A stretch of DNA of 52,653 nucleotides from a virus. The translations under genes were made by a program, and so were the position numbers. How positions within the stretch are numbered: the stretch's first letter is position 1; every line of letters starts with the position of its first letter. Below the pieces are notes generated by a model. The model was given only the letters and a program-made list of their open reading frames with translations, ran no database searches and was not told the DNA's origin. Below are positions 24,978 through 31,932 of the stretch, in pieces. The stretch lies in the UHGV virus genome UHGV-0083175; one strand, 5' to 3'.

Positions 24978-25157
24978 TTATTCTGATTCTTTGGCCTTGC
25001 GGCGCTGGCGGCGTTTGATCTCGCCTTTTGCTGCCGTAACTAGAAATCCGGCGGTACTTTCGCCAGGTTCTTTAAGTTGCTCAATATCGGTCATTACCTC
25101 ATGCGGGATTCTGACCGTTGTCATTTGTGATTTTGCGTTCTTTGCACCTGTTGCCAT
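24978..25157 (-). CDS. Small RHH (CopG/Arc-like) regulator
   Basis: The ATG at 25157 follows GGAGA. MATGAKNAKSQMTTVRIPHEVMTDIEQLK.. has the RHH beta-strand pattern. The track ORF is over-extended. Confidence 0.6.
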   Translation of the reverse strand: MATGAKNAKSQMTTVRIPHEVMTDIEQLKEPGESTAGFLVTAAKGEIKRRQRRKAKESE

Positions 25158-25177
25158 TTCTGGTTCTCCTGATAATC

Positions 25178-25270
25178 GGTGTATTTCAGTATACGCAAAA
25201 AAAAAGATAAAAAAAGTCTTGCGGTGTATTTCACCTGAATGTAGATTTAAAAATGAAGGTGAAATACACC
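25178..25270. promoter_or_regulatory. Divergent promoter/operator region of the island
   Basis: Perfect 13-bp inverted repeat GGTGTATTTCACC (25223-25235) / GGTGAAATACACC (25258-25270), plus a half-site at 25178-25188. A TTGCGG-N17-TAGATT promoter overlaps it. Confidence 0.5.
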
Positions 25271-25343
25271 TAAAACAACAACGCCCCGCAGTGATGGGAA
25301 CACATACGGGGCGTCTAACCAACAACGTAAACGAGGAGCCGTT

Positions 25344-25541
25344 ATGGTTGCCGTAAATCATATACCACACCTTGTACACACACAAACGGCCTTTGTGTGG
25401 CGTTTTCTGGCACTGAGTGCCGGAGAATCTCAAATCATCCACGTAACCGCCTGGACGGAACGCGAAGCGCGTAACCGTTGCCCGTCCGGTTGTGTTGCTG
25501 TATTTGCCGCCCGTATTCGTCAGGAGGTGCGCCATGATTAA
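25344..25541 (+). CDS. Icd-like (cell division inhibitor family) small protein
   Basis: ..FVWRFLALSAGES..IHVTAWTEREARNRCP.GCVAVFAARIR resembles recalled Icd-like proteins of P4/PICI elements. Confidence 0.5.
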   Translation: MVAVNHIPHLVHTQTAFVWRFLALSAGESQIIHVTAWTEREARNRCPSGCVAVFAARIRQEVRHD

Positions 25542-25746
25542 TCTGTCACTTACTGACCTTAACCGCATTCAGTTTCGTGAGAAATTCACAGGGCAGCTAC
25601 TGGTCAATGTGGATAAAGGTCGCGTGGTGTGTAATTACCACTTACCAGATGAAGCAATTGTCGCCACAAGGGAATCATTACAGGAAATCACAAAACGTGC
25701 CGGAATGATTAACACGAATATTCAGGGGATGCTTTATGCACAATAA
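25534..25746 (+). CDS. Hypothetical protein
   Basis: ATG after GGAGGTG, overlapping the upstream stop; 70 aa. Confidence 0.45.
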   Translation: MINLSLTDLNRIQFREKFTGQLLVNVDKGRVVCNYHLPDEAIVATRESLQEITKRAGMINTNIQGMLYAQ

Positions 25747-25975
25747 AACCACACCGGACGCAGCCGCCGAAGCCATCAAAACGCTGATGCACGCGCTGAT
25801 TGATATTTCTGTTATCGCGGACAGGGCACATAAGCACGCCACCAGCGAAACAGAATATGCCGGTGCTTTCGTTCCTCACTCACTGGCTGTCATGCAATTT
25901 AGTGCTGATACGGCGCTGAATGAGGCCAAAGCTATCCTGATTGCTGATTGTGAAAATGGGGGGGGTTATGCGTGA
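25736..25975 (+). CDS. Hypothetical protein
   Basis: 79-aa ORF in a coupled gene string. Confidence 0.45.
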   Translation: MHNKTTPDAAAEAIKTLMHALIDISVIADRAHKHATSETEYAGAFVPHSLAVMQFSADTALNEAKAILIADCENGGGYA

Positions 25976-26201
25976 TGATCGTTTTAATTCCCTGAAACAG
26001 GAATTTTCCGGCGTTCCTGATGATGCGGCTGATGCGCTTTCGTCAATGCCAGAACTTATTAGAGCGGCTTTTTTCTTACTTTCCACGAGAGAATATAAAT
26101 CAACGGGGCTTGATGTACTGAATATCGCCGCCGATTATGCGGAATATGTGGCAGAGGCGCGTTATAGAAGAAAATTTCCTGAGGATGTAAGCCATGCGTG
26201 A
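25968..26201 (+). CDS. Hypothetical protein
   Basis: The ATG at 25968 overlaps the upstream stop; 77 aa. Confidence 0.45.
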   Translation: MRDDRFNSLKQEFSGVPDDAADALSSMPELIRAAFFLLSTREYKSTGLDVLNIAADYAEYVAEARYRRKFPEDVSHA

Positions 26202-26427
26202 TATTTACCACCAAACAATAGACCGCGCATTTCTTGCACTTTCTCACAGTGAAAACATGATGGAAATATTGCGCATATGGCTTGAAACACTTGGCGACAA
26301 TGAACGCGACAAACAAAAATCAAGAATTGCCACGGCATTAATAACGCTTCTTGAGCCTGTAATAATGGAACTGCAAGAAATAGATCTATTGCACGACAGA
26401 TATAAAGAACAGCACATCGGAGAATAA
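26194..26427 (+). CDS. Hypothetical protein
   Basis: 77-aa ORF in a coupled gene string. Confidence 0.45.
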   Translation: MRDIYHQTIDRAFLALSHSENMMEILRIWLETLGDNERDKQKSRIATALITLLEPVIMELQEIDLLHDRYKEQHIGE

Positions 26428-26432
26428 AAATA

Positions 26433-26732
26433 ATGAAACTTAAATATTCTGGCTTAACTGCCAGTGGCAACACTCACCCTAAATTTACGCGCGGTGATAT
26501 TTACCGCGACCAGTACGGCGGCACGGTAATGATTAAGGGCGTGGCGGGACGGTGCGTAACTTACCGCCGTGAAGGTTACGAATATGATTGCGTGATGCCT
26601 GTTTATCAGTTCCGGCGTGATTTTTCTCTGGTACAGACCGCGCCGCATAACGTGCCCACCAGCAACGCCAGGGCACGGGCAAACATCCAGAAGCTGAAAA
26701 CCATGATTAACGGATTCAGGGGTAAAAAATGA
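26433..26732 (+). CDS. Hypothetical protein
   Basis: 99-aa ORF whose stop overlaps the start of the rep gene. Confidence 0.5.
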   Translation: MKLKYSGLTASGNTHPKFTRGDIYRDQYGGTVMIKGVAGRCVTYRREGYEYDCVMPVYQFRRDFSLVQTAPHNVPTSNARARANIQKLKTMINGFRGKK

Positions 26733-28126
26733 AACTGGCACCGAATGTAAAACTGTTACCGAAAGATAAACACACCGAAGCGGTTATTTTTGCGGGTGAT
26801 AATGCTCACTCATTTGCAGAGCACTACATCATTGCACAGGCCAAAAAAGCAGGCGATCCAGTCCCTCCCGTTTACCTGGGGCGTTATCAGTTAAGCGAAC
26901 TGGATAACTTGCAGATTGTTGATAAAGGTCGGTTCAGGGCGAAAGTGATACGTGCCGGAAATATTGACGAAGTGCAGTTGTTAACCATCGCCACGAAACT
27001 GGCAATCGCAGGAGTCCAGGAAGCGCGCCTGTTTTCTGAAAATTTCGAATTGCTGGAGGAATGGAGCGACCAGCTTACACGGCTTAGGGAGACATGGGAA
27101 CGCGGGGAAAGCCTGAGCCACCAGCGAAAAACAAAGCTACCGATGAGCGTTGGATCTGCCGGATACGACACGCAATTAGATTACGTGGTAAAGGGGATTA
27201 TTCCGGCATCGTCGCTATGCAGCATATACGGGGCGAGCGGTTCATATAAATCGTTCCTTGCGGGTTCGTGGGCGTGTCACGTTTCCACGGGCCGCCAGTG
27301 GGGAGGCCGCAGGGTTGCACATGGTGCAGTTCTCTATGTGGTTGGTGAAGGCGGTATTGGTGTTCCGCGTCGTGTAAAAGCCTGGGAGGTTGTGCACGGT
27401 GAGCAGGTGAAAAATCTGTATCTGGTAAACCGTCCCATCTTTCCGGCTGTCCCGCTTGATGTTGATGAAATGGTTATCGCTGCCCGCCAGGTGGAACGGG
27501 AAACCGGTAAACCTGTACGCATGATTATTCTGGATACGCTGGCGCGTTGCTTTGGCGGCAATGATGAAAATGACTCCCGCGACATGGGGGCATTTATCCG
27601 TGGTTGTGACGAGCTTAAACGGCGCACAGGGGCCACTGTGCTGGTGGTTCACCATTCCGGCAAGGATGAAACAAAGGGGGCGCGTGGTTCCAGTGCATTT
27701 CGTGCTTCGCTGGATGCTGAATACCGGATACGCAGGGAGGACGCAGGAAGCGAAGCGCTGGTTATCTCATGCACCAAAATGAAGGACGCGGAGGAACTCA
27801 AAGAGGCTGCCTATGATTTGCGGGTGGTGGAGCTTTTTACCGACGCTGACGGGGAGTTAATCACGTCGCTGGTGGTGGTGGATAAGTCGCGCCCTCCCGT
27901 TGAACTGGAGCGCATCGAAGAGGCAGGCAACAAGACGGAAAACCATACCGCGCTATGGGGGTGTATCCGTTCACGCACACAGAACGGCGACAAGTGCACG
28001 ATCCCGCTGTTACGTGATGACATGAAAAAACTGGGGTACGAAATAAAGCACTTCCGGCGCTGGCTGGGCAAGCTGGAAAAAGACGGCGTTATCTATGTTG
28101 ACGGCGATGATGTAGGGCCACTGTAA
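26729..28126 (+). CDS. Replication protein, RepA/AAA_25-type (RecA-like) helicase, Pri-Rep-like
   Basis: Walker A-like YGASGSYKSF, Walker B-like RMIILDTLARCFGG.DEND, and ..VLVVHHSGKD..KGARGSSA. Iterons follow immediately. Confidence 0.8.
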   Translation: MKLAPNVKLLPKDKHTEAVIFAGDNAHSFAEHYIIAQAKKAGDPVPPVYLGRYQLSELDNLQIVDKGRFRAKVIRAGNIDEVQLLTIATKLAIAGVQEARLFSENFELLEEWSDQLTRLRETWERGESLSHQRKTKLPMSVGSAGYDTQLDYVVKGIIPASSLCSIYGASGSYKSFLAGSWACHVSTGRQWGGRRVAHGAVLYVVGEGGIGVPRRVKAWEVVHGEQVKNLYLVNRPIFPAVPLDVDEMVIAARQVERETGKPVRMIILDTLARCFGGNDENDSRDMGAFIRGCDELKRRTGATVLVVHHSGKDETKGARGSSAFRASLDAEYRIRREDAGSEALVISCTKMKDAEELKEAAYDLRVVELFTDADGELITSLVVVDKSRPPVELERIEEAGNKTENHTALWGCIRSRTQNGDKCTIPLLRDDMKKLGYEIKHFRRWLGKLEKDGVIYVDGDDVGPL

Positions 28127-28328
28127 AAAGTGGGGGGCAAAAGTGGTGGGCATGGGGAATTTAACAAAATTTAAACACGACCCCCCACTTTTTGACCTGT
28201 ATACATCCCAAAAAGTGGGGAGCAAAAAAATACTTATGAAACAGCATGATAAAAATTACAAATCCCACGCCTTTAACGAGATGGGGAATTGTGAAAAGTG
28301 GGGAGTAAAAGTGGGTATAGGTGGGGAG
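28127..28328. repeat. Island replication origin iterons (AAAGTGGGG repeats)
   Basis: At least 6 copies of AAAGTGG(G/T)GG(A)G in both orientations (28127, 28140, 28181 inverted, 28211, 28294, 28308), flanking an AT-rich spacer at 28224-28262. Confidence 0.6.
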
Positions 28329-28580
28329 ATGACACAAAAACGCAGAGACAGAACACAGCCAAAATATAAAGCGTTAGACATGACAGAGCACGCTTTAAAG
28401 GTGGCAATCAGAACGATAGACCGCCACGCGGGGGAAGGATACGCGAAGGAACATCCCGACCTGATAAGCGCATTCATGACCACAGCGGCGGCAAACTTTG
28501 CCACGCTGACAGAACGGGAGATTGCCGAAGCGGAACAGGTAACAACCATCAACGTTAAAACCGGAGAGTTGGAATCATGA
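28329..28580 (+). CDS. Hypothetical protein
   Basis: The likely start is the ATG at 28329, after the iterons. The track ORF start (28143) would read through the origin. Confidence 0.4.
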   Translation: MTQKRRDRTQPKYKALDMTEHALKVAIRTIDRHAGEGYAKEHPDLISAFMTTAAANFATLTEREIAEAEQVTTINVKTGELES

Positions 28581-28882
28581 GCGAACCAAAATTTGGTGAA
28601 AAACTTTACAAGCACAACGGACGGATCACGATTCTGCAAATAAGCGCAGCTACACCAGGCTGGTGGGTTGAAACAGACGAAGGATCCTCACCCGTGGCAT
28701 CATGGGCGCTTTGTGCGCTTAGTTACCCTGACCGCGATGTGTATCAGGATATTCTGCCTGTGATATCCACTGACAAAGGCATGAAACCCGTAGACATCAA
28801 AAACATGGGTTTTCAGTGCGTAATGCTCACTGAAAAAATGATGGAAGAGATGAAAAAGAACAACGCCGGATCGCTTCACTGA
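28577..28882 (+). CDS. Hypothetical protein
   Basis: 101-aa ORF, coupled to the upstream gene. Confidence 0.5.
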   Translation: MSEPKFGEKLYKHNGRITILQISAATPGWWVETDEGSSPVASWALCALSYPDRDVYQDILPVISTDKGMKPVDIKNMGFQCVMLTEKMMEEMKKNNAGSLH

Positions 28883-28891
28883 GGTGGCAAT

Positions 28892-29290
28892 ATGACAGCA
28901 CAAATTGCAGCTTACGGGCGGCTGGTGGACGACCCGCAGGTAAAACAGACCAGCAAGGGCACACCGATGACGCTGGCGCGTATGGCGGTATCTTTGCCAT
29001 GCAGCCAGGCACAGGACGGACAGGCGACGTTATGGTTATCGGTCATCGCATTTGGCAAACAGGCCGACTTCCTGGCTAAACATCAAAAAGGAGATGTTGC
29101 CAGCGTATCCGGCACGATGCAGGTAAGCCAGTGGACAGGCCAGAACGGCGAAACGCGGCAGGGCTGGCAGGTTATCGCAGACAGCGTAATCAGTGCCCGA
29201 GGCGGGAACAGACGCAAAACCACAGGCACACAGGGTAATCAGCCACCAGCGGGAGGCGATGACCCTTACGGTGATGGTATTCCGTTCTGA
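28892..29290 (+). CDS. ssb: Single-stranded DNA-binding protein
   Basis: OB-fold pattern (..GRLVDDPQVKQTSKGTPMTLARMAV...W..V.AFGKQA..L...KGD...V.G......W), a Gly/Pro-rich tail and an acidic tip DGIPF. Confidence 0.85.
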   Translation: MTAQIAAYGRLVDDPQVKQTSKGTPMTLARMAVSLPCSQAQDGQATLWLSVIAFGKQADFLAKHQKGDVASVSGTMQVSQWTGQNGETRQGWQVIADSVISARGGNRRKTTGTQGNQPPAGGDDPYGDGIPF

Positions 29291-29300
29291 GGGGGTGAGG

Positions 29301-29573
29301 ATGGTACATGACCGCATAGCGGAGGAACTCGAGGCGAAAGGATTTTACCGGAGGGCGGCGGCGCGATGGGGTGAAGTCATGCAGCTGGTGGAGACAGACA
29401 AGGAACGGTATCAGGTTACGATGCGACGGCTGGAATGTTCCAGGAAGGCACAGAAGCCACCGGAGCCGCCGGATAACTTCGGAGACCTGAGAAAGGCAGT
29501 CGATCGCACTTATGCTGAAATGGGTATAGATGGTGCAGGCGATGAAGTATGGCGTAATTACCCAGACAGCTAA
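29301..29573 (+). CDS. PerC/Pch-family transcriptional activator-like protein
   Basis: MVHDRIAEELEAKGFYRRAAARWGEVM.. resembles the recalled PerC family core (LE..G.YRRAA.RW.EV). Confidence 0.6.
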   Translation: MVHDRIAEELEAKGFYRRAAARWGEVMQLVETDKERYQVTMRRLECSRKAQKPPEPPDNFGDLRKAVDRTYAEMGIDGAGDEVWRNYPDS

Positions 29574-29578
29574 GCACA

Positions 29579-29602
29579 TAGCCGGAGCAATCCGGCTTTT
29601 TT
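29579..29602 (+). terminator. Intrinsic terminator
   Basis: AGCCGGA-gcaa-TCCGGCT followed by T7. Confidence 0.75.
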
Positions 29603-29691
29603 TCGATCTCACATATCTTTAAAAATGGTTGATTGATTATAATCTATCGAAAATAATGATTATGAGATGATAAGCATCAGGAGGAAACAAA

Positions 29692-29886
29692 GTGGAACAG
29701 ATAAAGCAAAGCGCTACCGTGATGATTGATCACGAGATCCTAAACGAGCTTAAAAAACTTCAATTCGATGTTATTCGCCGGATGAATGAAGCTGGTATAT
29801 ACGGCAGAGCCGCCACGCCAACAGTAGGCCATCTTGCTCGCGTGCTGTTACGCGAACGCCTGGGCATTGCAACAGGTGAGGAATAA
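29692..29886 (+). CDS. Hypothetical small protein (RHH-like N-terminus)
   Basis: GTG start 8 nt after AGGAGG; 64 aa. Confidence 0.45.
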   Translation: MEQIKQSATVMIDHEILNELKKLQFDVIRRMNEAGIYGRAATPTVGHLARVLLRERLGIATGEE

Positions 29887-29888
29887 CA

Positions 29889-30050
29889 ATGGTTATCACA
29901 GAACGCGAGGCAAGCATCATTAAAGCCATTGGCGAGGAAACAAGAGACACGATAGCGCCATTAATGGAAAAGATCGCAGAGCTTGAGACACGAATAAACA
30001 AGCTGAGTGATGAAGTTGAAGGCCTGATCTCGTTACTCGGTGAGCAATGA
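29889..30050 (+). CDS. 53-aa protein resembling the N-terminus of the helper repeat protein (below the track cutoff)
   Basis: MVITEREASIIKAIGEE.. compared with the helper protein at 36907, MNERELSIIRALGEE... It has a coiled-coil tail. Confidence 0.45.
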   Translation: MVITEREASIIKAIGEETRDTIAPLMEKIAELETRINKLSDEVEGLISLLGEQ

Positions 30051-30115
30051 CAGGGGGGGGGGAGTGTTCCGGCCGGAAAGTCGATCGCCCTGGACACCGC
30101 CCCCCGTCTCATTCG
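30051..30115. other. Island cos-like site
   Basis: G10 (30053-30062) ... CGATCGCCCTGGACACC-G-CCCCCC-GTCTCA, homologous to helper 21255-21312. Confidence 0.5.
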
Positions 30116-30138
30116 TAGAAAATTTTGCTTTTCAAAAA

Positions 30139-30412
30139 AGTTACACGAAAAGTTACACCCCCTCAAAACGAGGTTTTTGCATGGCATTAACGACCAAAAA
30201 AAAGCGGTTTGCTGATGCGTTATCAAGGGGCGCAAATCCCACGGAAGCCGCTATACATGCGGGATACAGCGAAAAGACCGCAAGGGTTAAAGGCTGGCAG
30301 CTATCCAACGATCCTGAGGTGAAAAAGTATCTTAAGGTTGTCACTCCTGATGTAACTTTTCAGGTTACAAAACCGAAAAAAGTTACAAAGAAAGTTACCG
30401 AAAAAGTTACAC
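30139..30412. repeat. (A/G)GTTAC(A/C) repeat array spanning the terS-like 5' region
   Basis: Copies at 30139, 30151, ~30351 (inverted), 30363, 30381, 30393 and 30405. The last three are spaced 12 bp apart. Confidence 0.55.
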
Positions 30413-30669
30413 CGGAACGGGCATCAATCAGCACCATAGAACGGATGGACAACGGCTTGCCCGACCCTATCAAAGCTATGGGCAGGATACTGGCTGACAA
30501 CATAGACACAGATCCAAAACTGGCTTTAGATGCCGCGTTTAAGCTGGCCCAGTTCACCCACCGCAAGATCGGCAGCATTGGGAAAAAAGAGGTTAAAAAA
30601 CTCAATGCCGCGAATGTCTCCTCAAATCGGTTCCCCATCCCTAAGCCACCAACAGGCTTAAAACACTGA
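30181..30669 (+). CDS. Island-encoded terminase small subunit paralogue
   Basis: The HTH KKKRFADALSRGANPTEAAIHAGYSEKTARVKGWQL and C-terminus MDNGLPDPIKAMGRILADNIDTDPKLALDAAFKLAQFTH closely parallel the helper TerS. Confidence 0.8.
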   Translation: MALTTKKKRFADALSRGANPTEAAIHAGYSEKTARVKGWQLSNDPEVKKYLKVVTPDVTFQVTKPKKVTKKVTEKVTPERASISTIERMDNGLPDPIKAMGRILADNIDTDPKLALDAAFKLAQFTHRKIGSIGKKEVKKLNAANVSSNRFPIPKPPTGLKH

Positions 30670-30680
30670 GGTAGCGAACT

Positions 30681-30842
30681 ATGAACGAATACATCACAGA
30701 CCCTATTGATGTACTCACGGAAATCATGAACGACAAGCAGCAGCCAACCGAAATACGGTTACAGGCTGCCGCTGTTCTGATGCCATATTTTCACGAAACT
30801 CTAACCCCATGTTACCAGGAGGAAGAAGATGATGATTTCTAA
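30681..30842 (+). CDS. 53-aa hypothetical protein (below the track cutoff)
   Basis: MNEYITDPIDVLTEIMNDKQQPTEIRLQAAAVLMPYFHE.. with an acidic tail. It overlaps the next start. Confidence 0.45.
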   Translation: MNEYITDPIDVLTEIMNDKQQPTEIRLQAAAVLMPYFHETLTPCYQEEEDDDF

Positions 30843-31755
30843 AAACATGAAAGGCGTGTCGGCAGTTCGCGCCGCCAGCGTGCTTACATCGTGTAAATTC
30901 AGCCATGCAGACGCAATTGAAATGACGAAAAAAAATGATCCGGCAGTATCGAAATTTCTTGAAAAATCCATTGTTGCCGGAATGACTACGGATAATATGC
31001 CGTCGCTGGTGGCAGAGCCGATAGTAAGAGAGCTTGGCGAGTATATTTTTTCGCAGTCTGTACCAGGCAAGCTAATCAGCAGCGCGCTGAATCTTCCGTT
31101 TGGCGCAAAATTGCAGTCAATATCAGGCAAGGGTAGTAAATGGCTTAAAGAAGCCGAAGAAATCCCTGTCAAAGAGGGAGAAGTAAACGAAAGTGCGCTA
31201 AAACTGTGCAAACTTGGCGCTATTGTGATGCTGAATAACGAGCTAATCAAATTTAGCACCCCTGGTACCAATTCAGCGATCAGAGACTTGATCACATCGG
31301 AATCGGTGAAAGAAATAGATAAAAAATTTCTTTCCAGTGACCAGGAGTTGGCGGGCGTATCCCCTGAGGGCGTGCTTAATGGTGCTGATGAGGCCGAAAA
31401 CTTCATAGAGCTTTTCAAAAAGCACATAGCGAACGGTAACACGCTTGCCACGTCGTCGCTAATCTTGCCCGTAGAAAACGCCTTACAGCTTACTGATGCT
31501 GAGTTCTGGCAGATAGAGCTTTTGAGAATACCGGTAATTGTGAGCGAACAGGCGGATCGCATGATGCTGATAGACGCTCAAAAGCTGATTATTAACGTTG
31601 AAGCCACGGTTATAACCCCAACTGATGAGGCGGTAATAAAAACCGAATCAGGGACGGTTAGCCTTTTCCAGAATGACGCTACAGCGTTCAGGGCAATCAC
31701 CTATTGCGGATGGCAAAAACTCGATAAGGCCGTCACCGTTCTGGCGCAATCTTGA
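30829..31755 (+). CDS. HK97-fold major capsid protein paralogue (no protease/scaffold part)
   Basis: Several blocks align by eye to the C-terminal half of 33397-35334, for example ..LCKLGAIVMLNNELIKFSTPGTNSAIRDLI.. against ..AKVSAIAVLTEELIRFSSPAADALVRNAL... Confidence 0.7.
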   Translation: MMISKNMKGVSAVRAASVLTSCKFSHADAIEMTKKNDPAVSKFLEKSIVAGMTTDNMPSLVAEPIVRELGEYIFSQSVPGKLISSALNLPFGAKLQSISGKGSKWLKEAEEIPVKEGEVNESALKLCKLGAIVMLNNELIKFSTPGTNSAIRDLITSESVKEIDKKFLSSDQELAGVSPEGVLNGADEAENFIELFKKHIANGNTLATSSLILPVENALQLTDAEFWQIELLRIPVIVSEQADRMMLIDAQKLIINVEATVITPTDEAVIKTESGTVSLFQNDATAFRAITYCGWQKLDKAVTVLAQS

Positions 31756-31932
31756 TGTAGTGCGCCGCATTACTGGTTATGTGAATGCGGCGCATAGGGC
31801 CTACGAAAAACAAAATTAGTTTACGTTATCTTATGTAACCATATTTAACGGAGAAGACTAAAACGCGGACTATTTAGTGTCAGTGCGTGAGCCTAACAGC
31901 ATAATAAACAAGATATTAAGATAGCTTTACGC

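Larger units (their letters stand above)
22371..31932. mobile_element. PICI-like phage satellite / integrative island inserted in terL
   Basis: Bounded by ATACCGAAAAA (22360-22370) and ATACCCAAAAAA (31933-31944). It carries int, alpA, regulators, pri/rep with iterons, ssb, perC-like, cos-like, terS-like and MCP-like genes. Confidence 0.8.

Noticed and set aside
24646-25356. 236-aa plus-strand ORF across the island regulatory region
   Set aside because: It is Ser/Cys/Gly-rich and low in complexity, with no RBS. It lies fully antisense to two better-supported minus-strand genes (an RHH gene with a GGAGA RBS) and runs through the operator/promoter repeats. It is most likely a shadow ORF.
30801-31562. 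253-aa minus-strand ORF
   Set aside because: It is antisense to the island capsid paralogue, which has clear homology to the helper capsid domain. The translation is Ser-rich and low in complexity.
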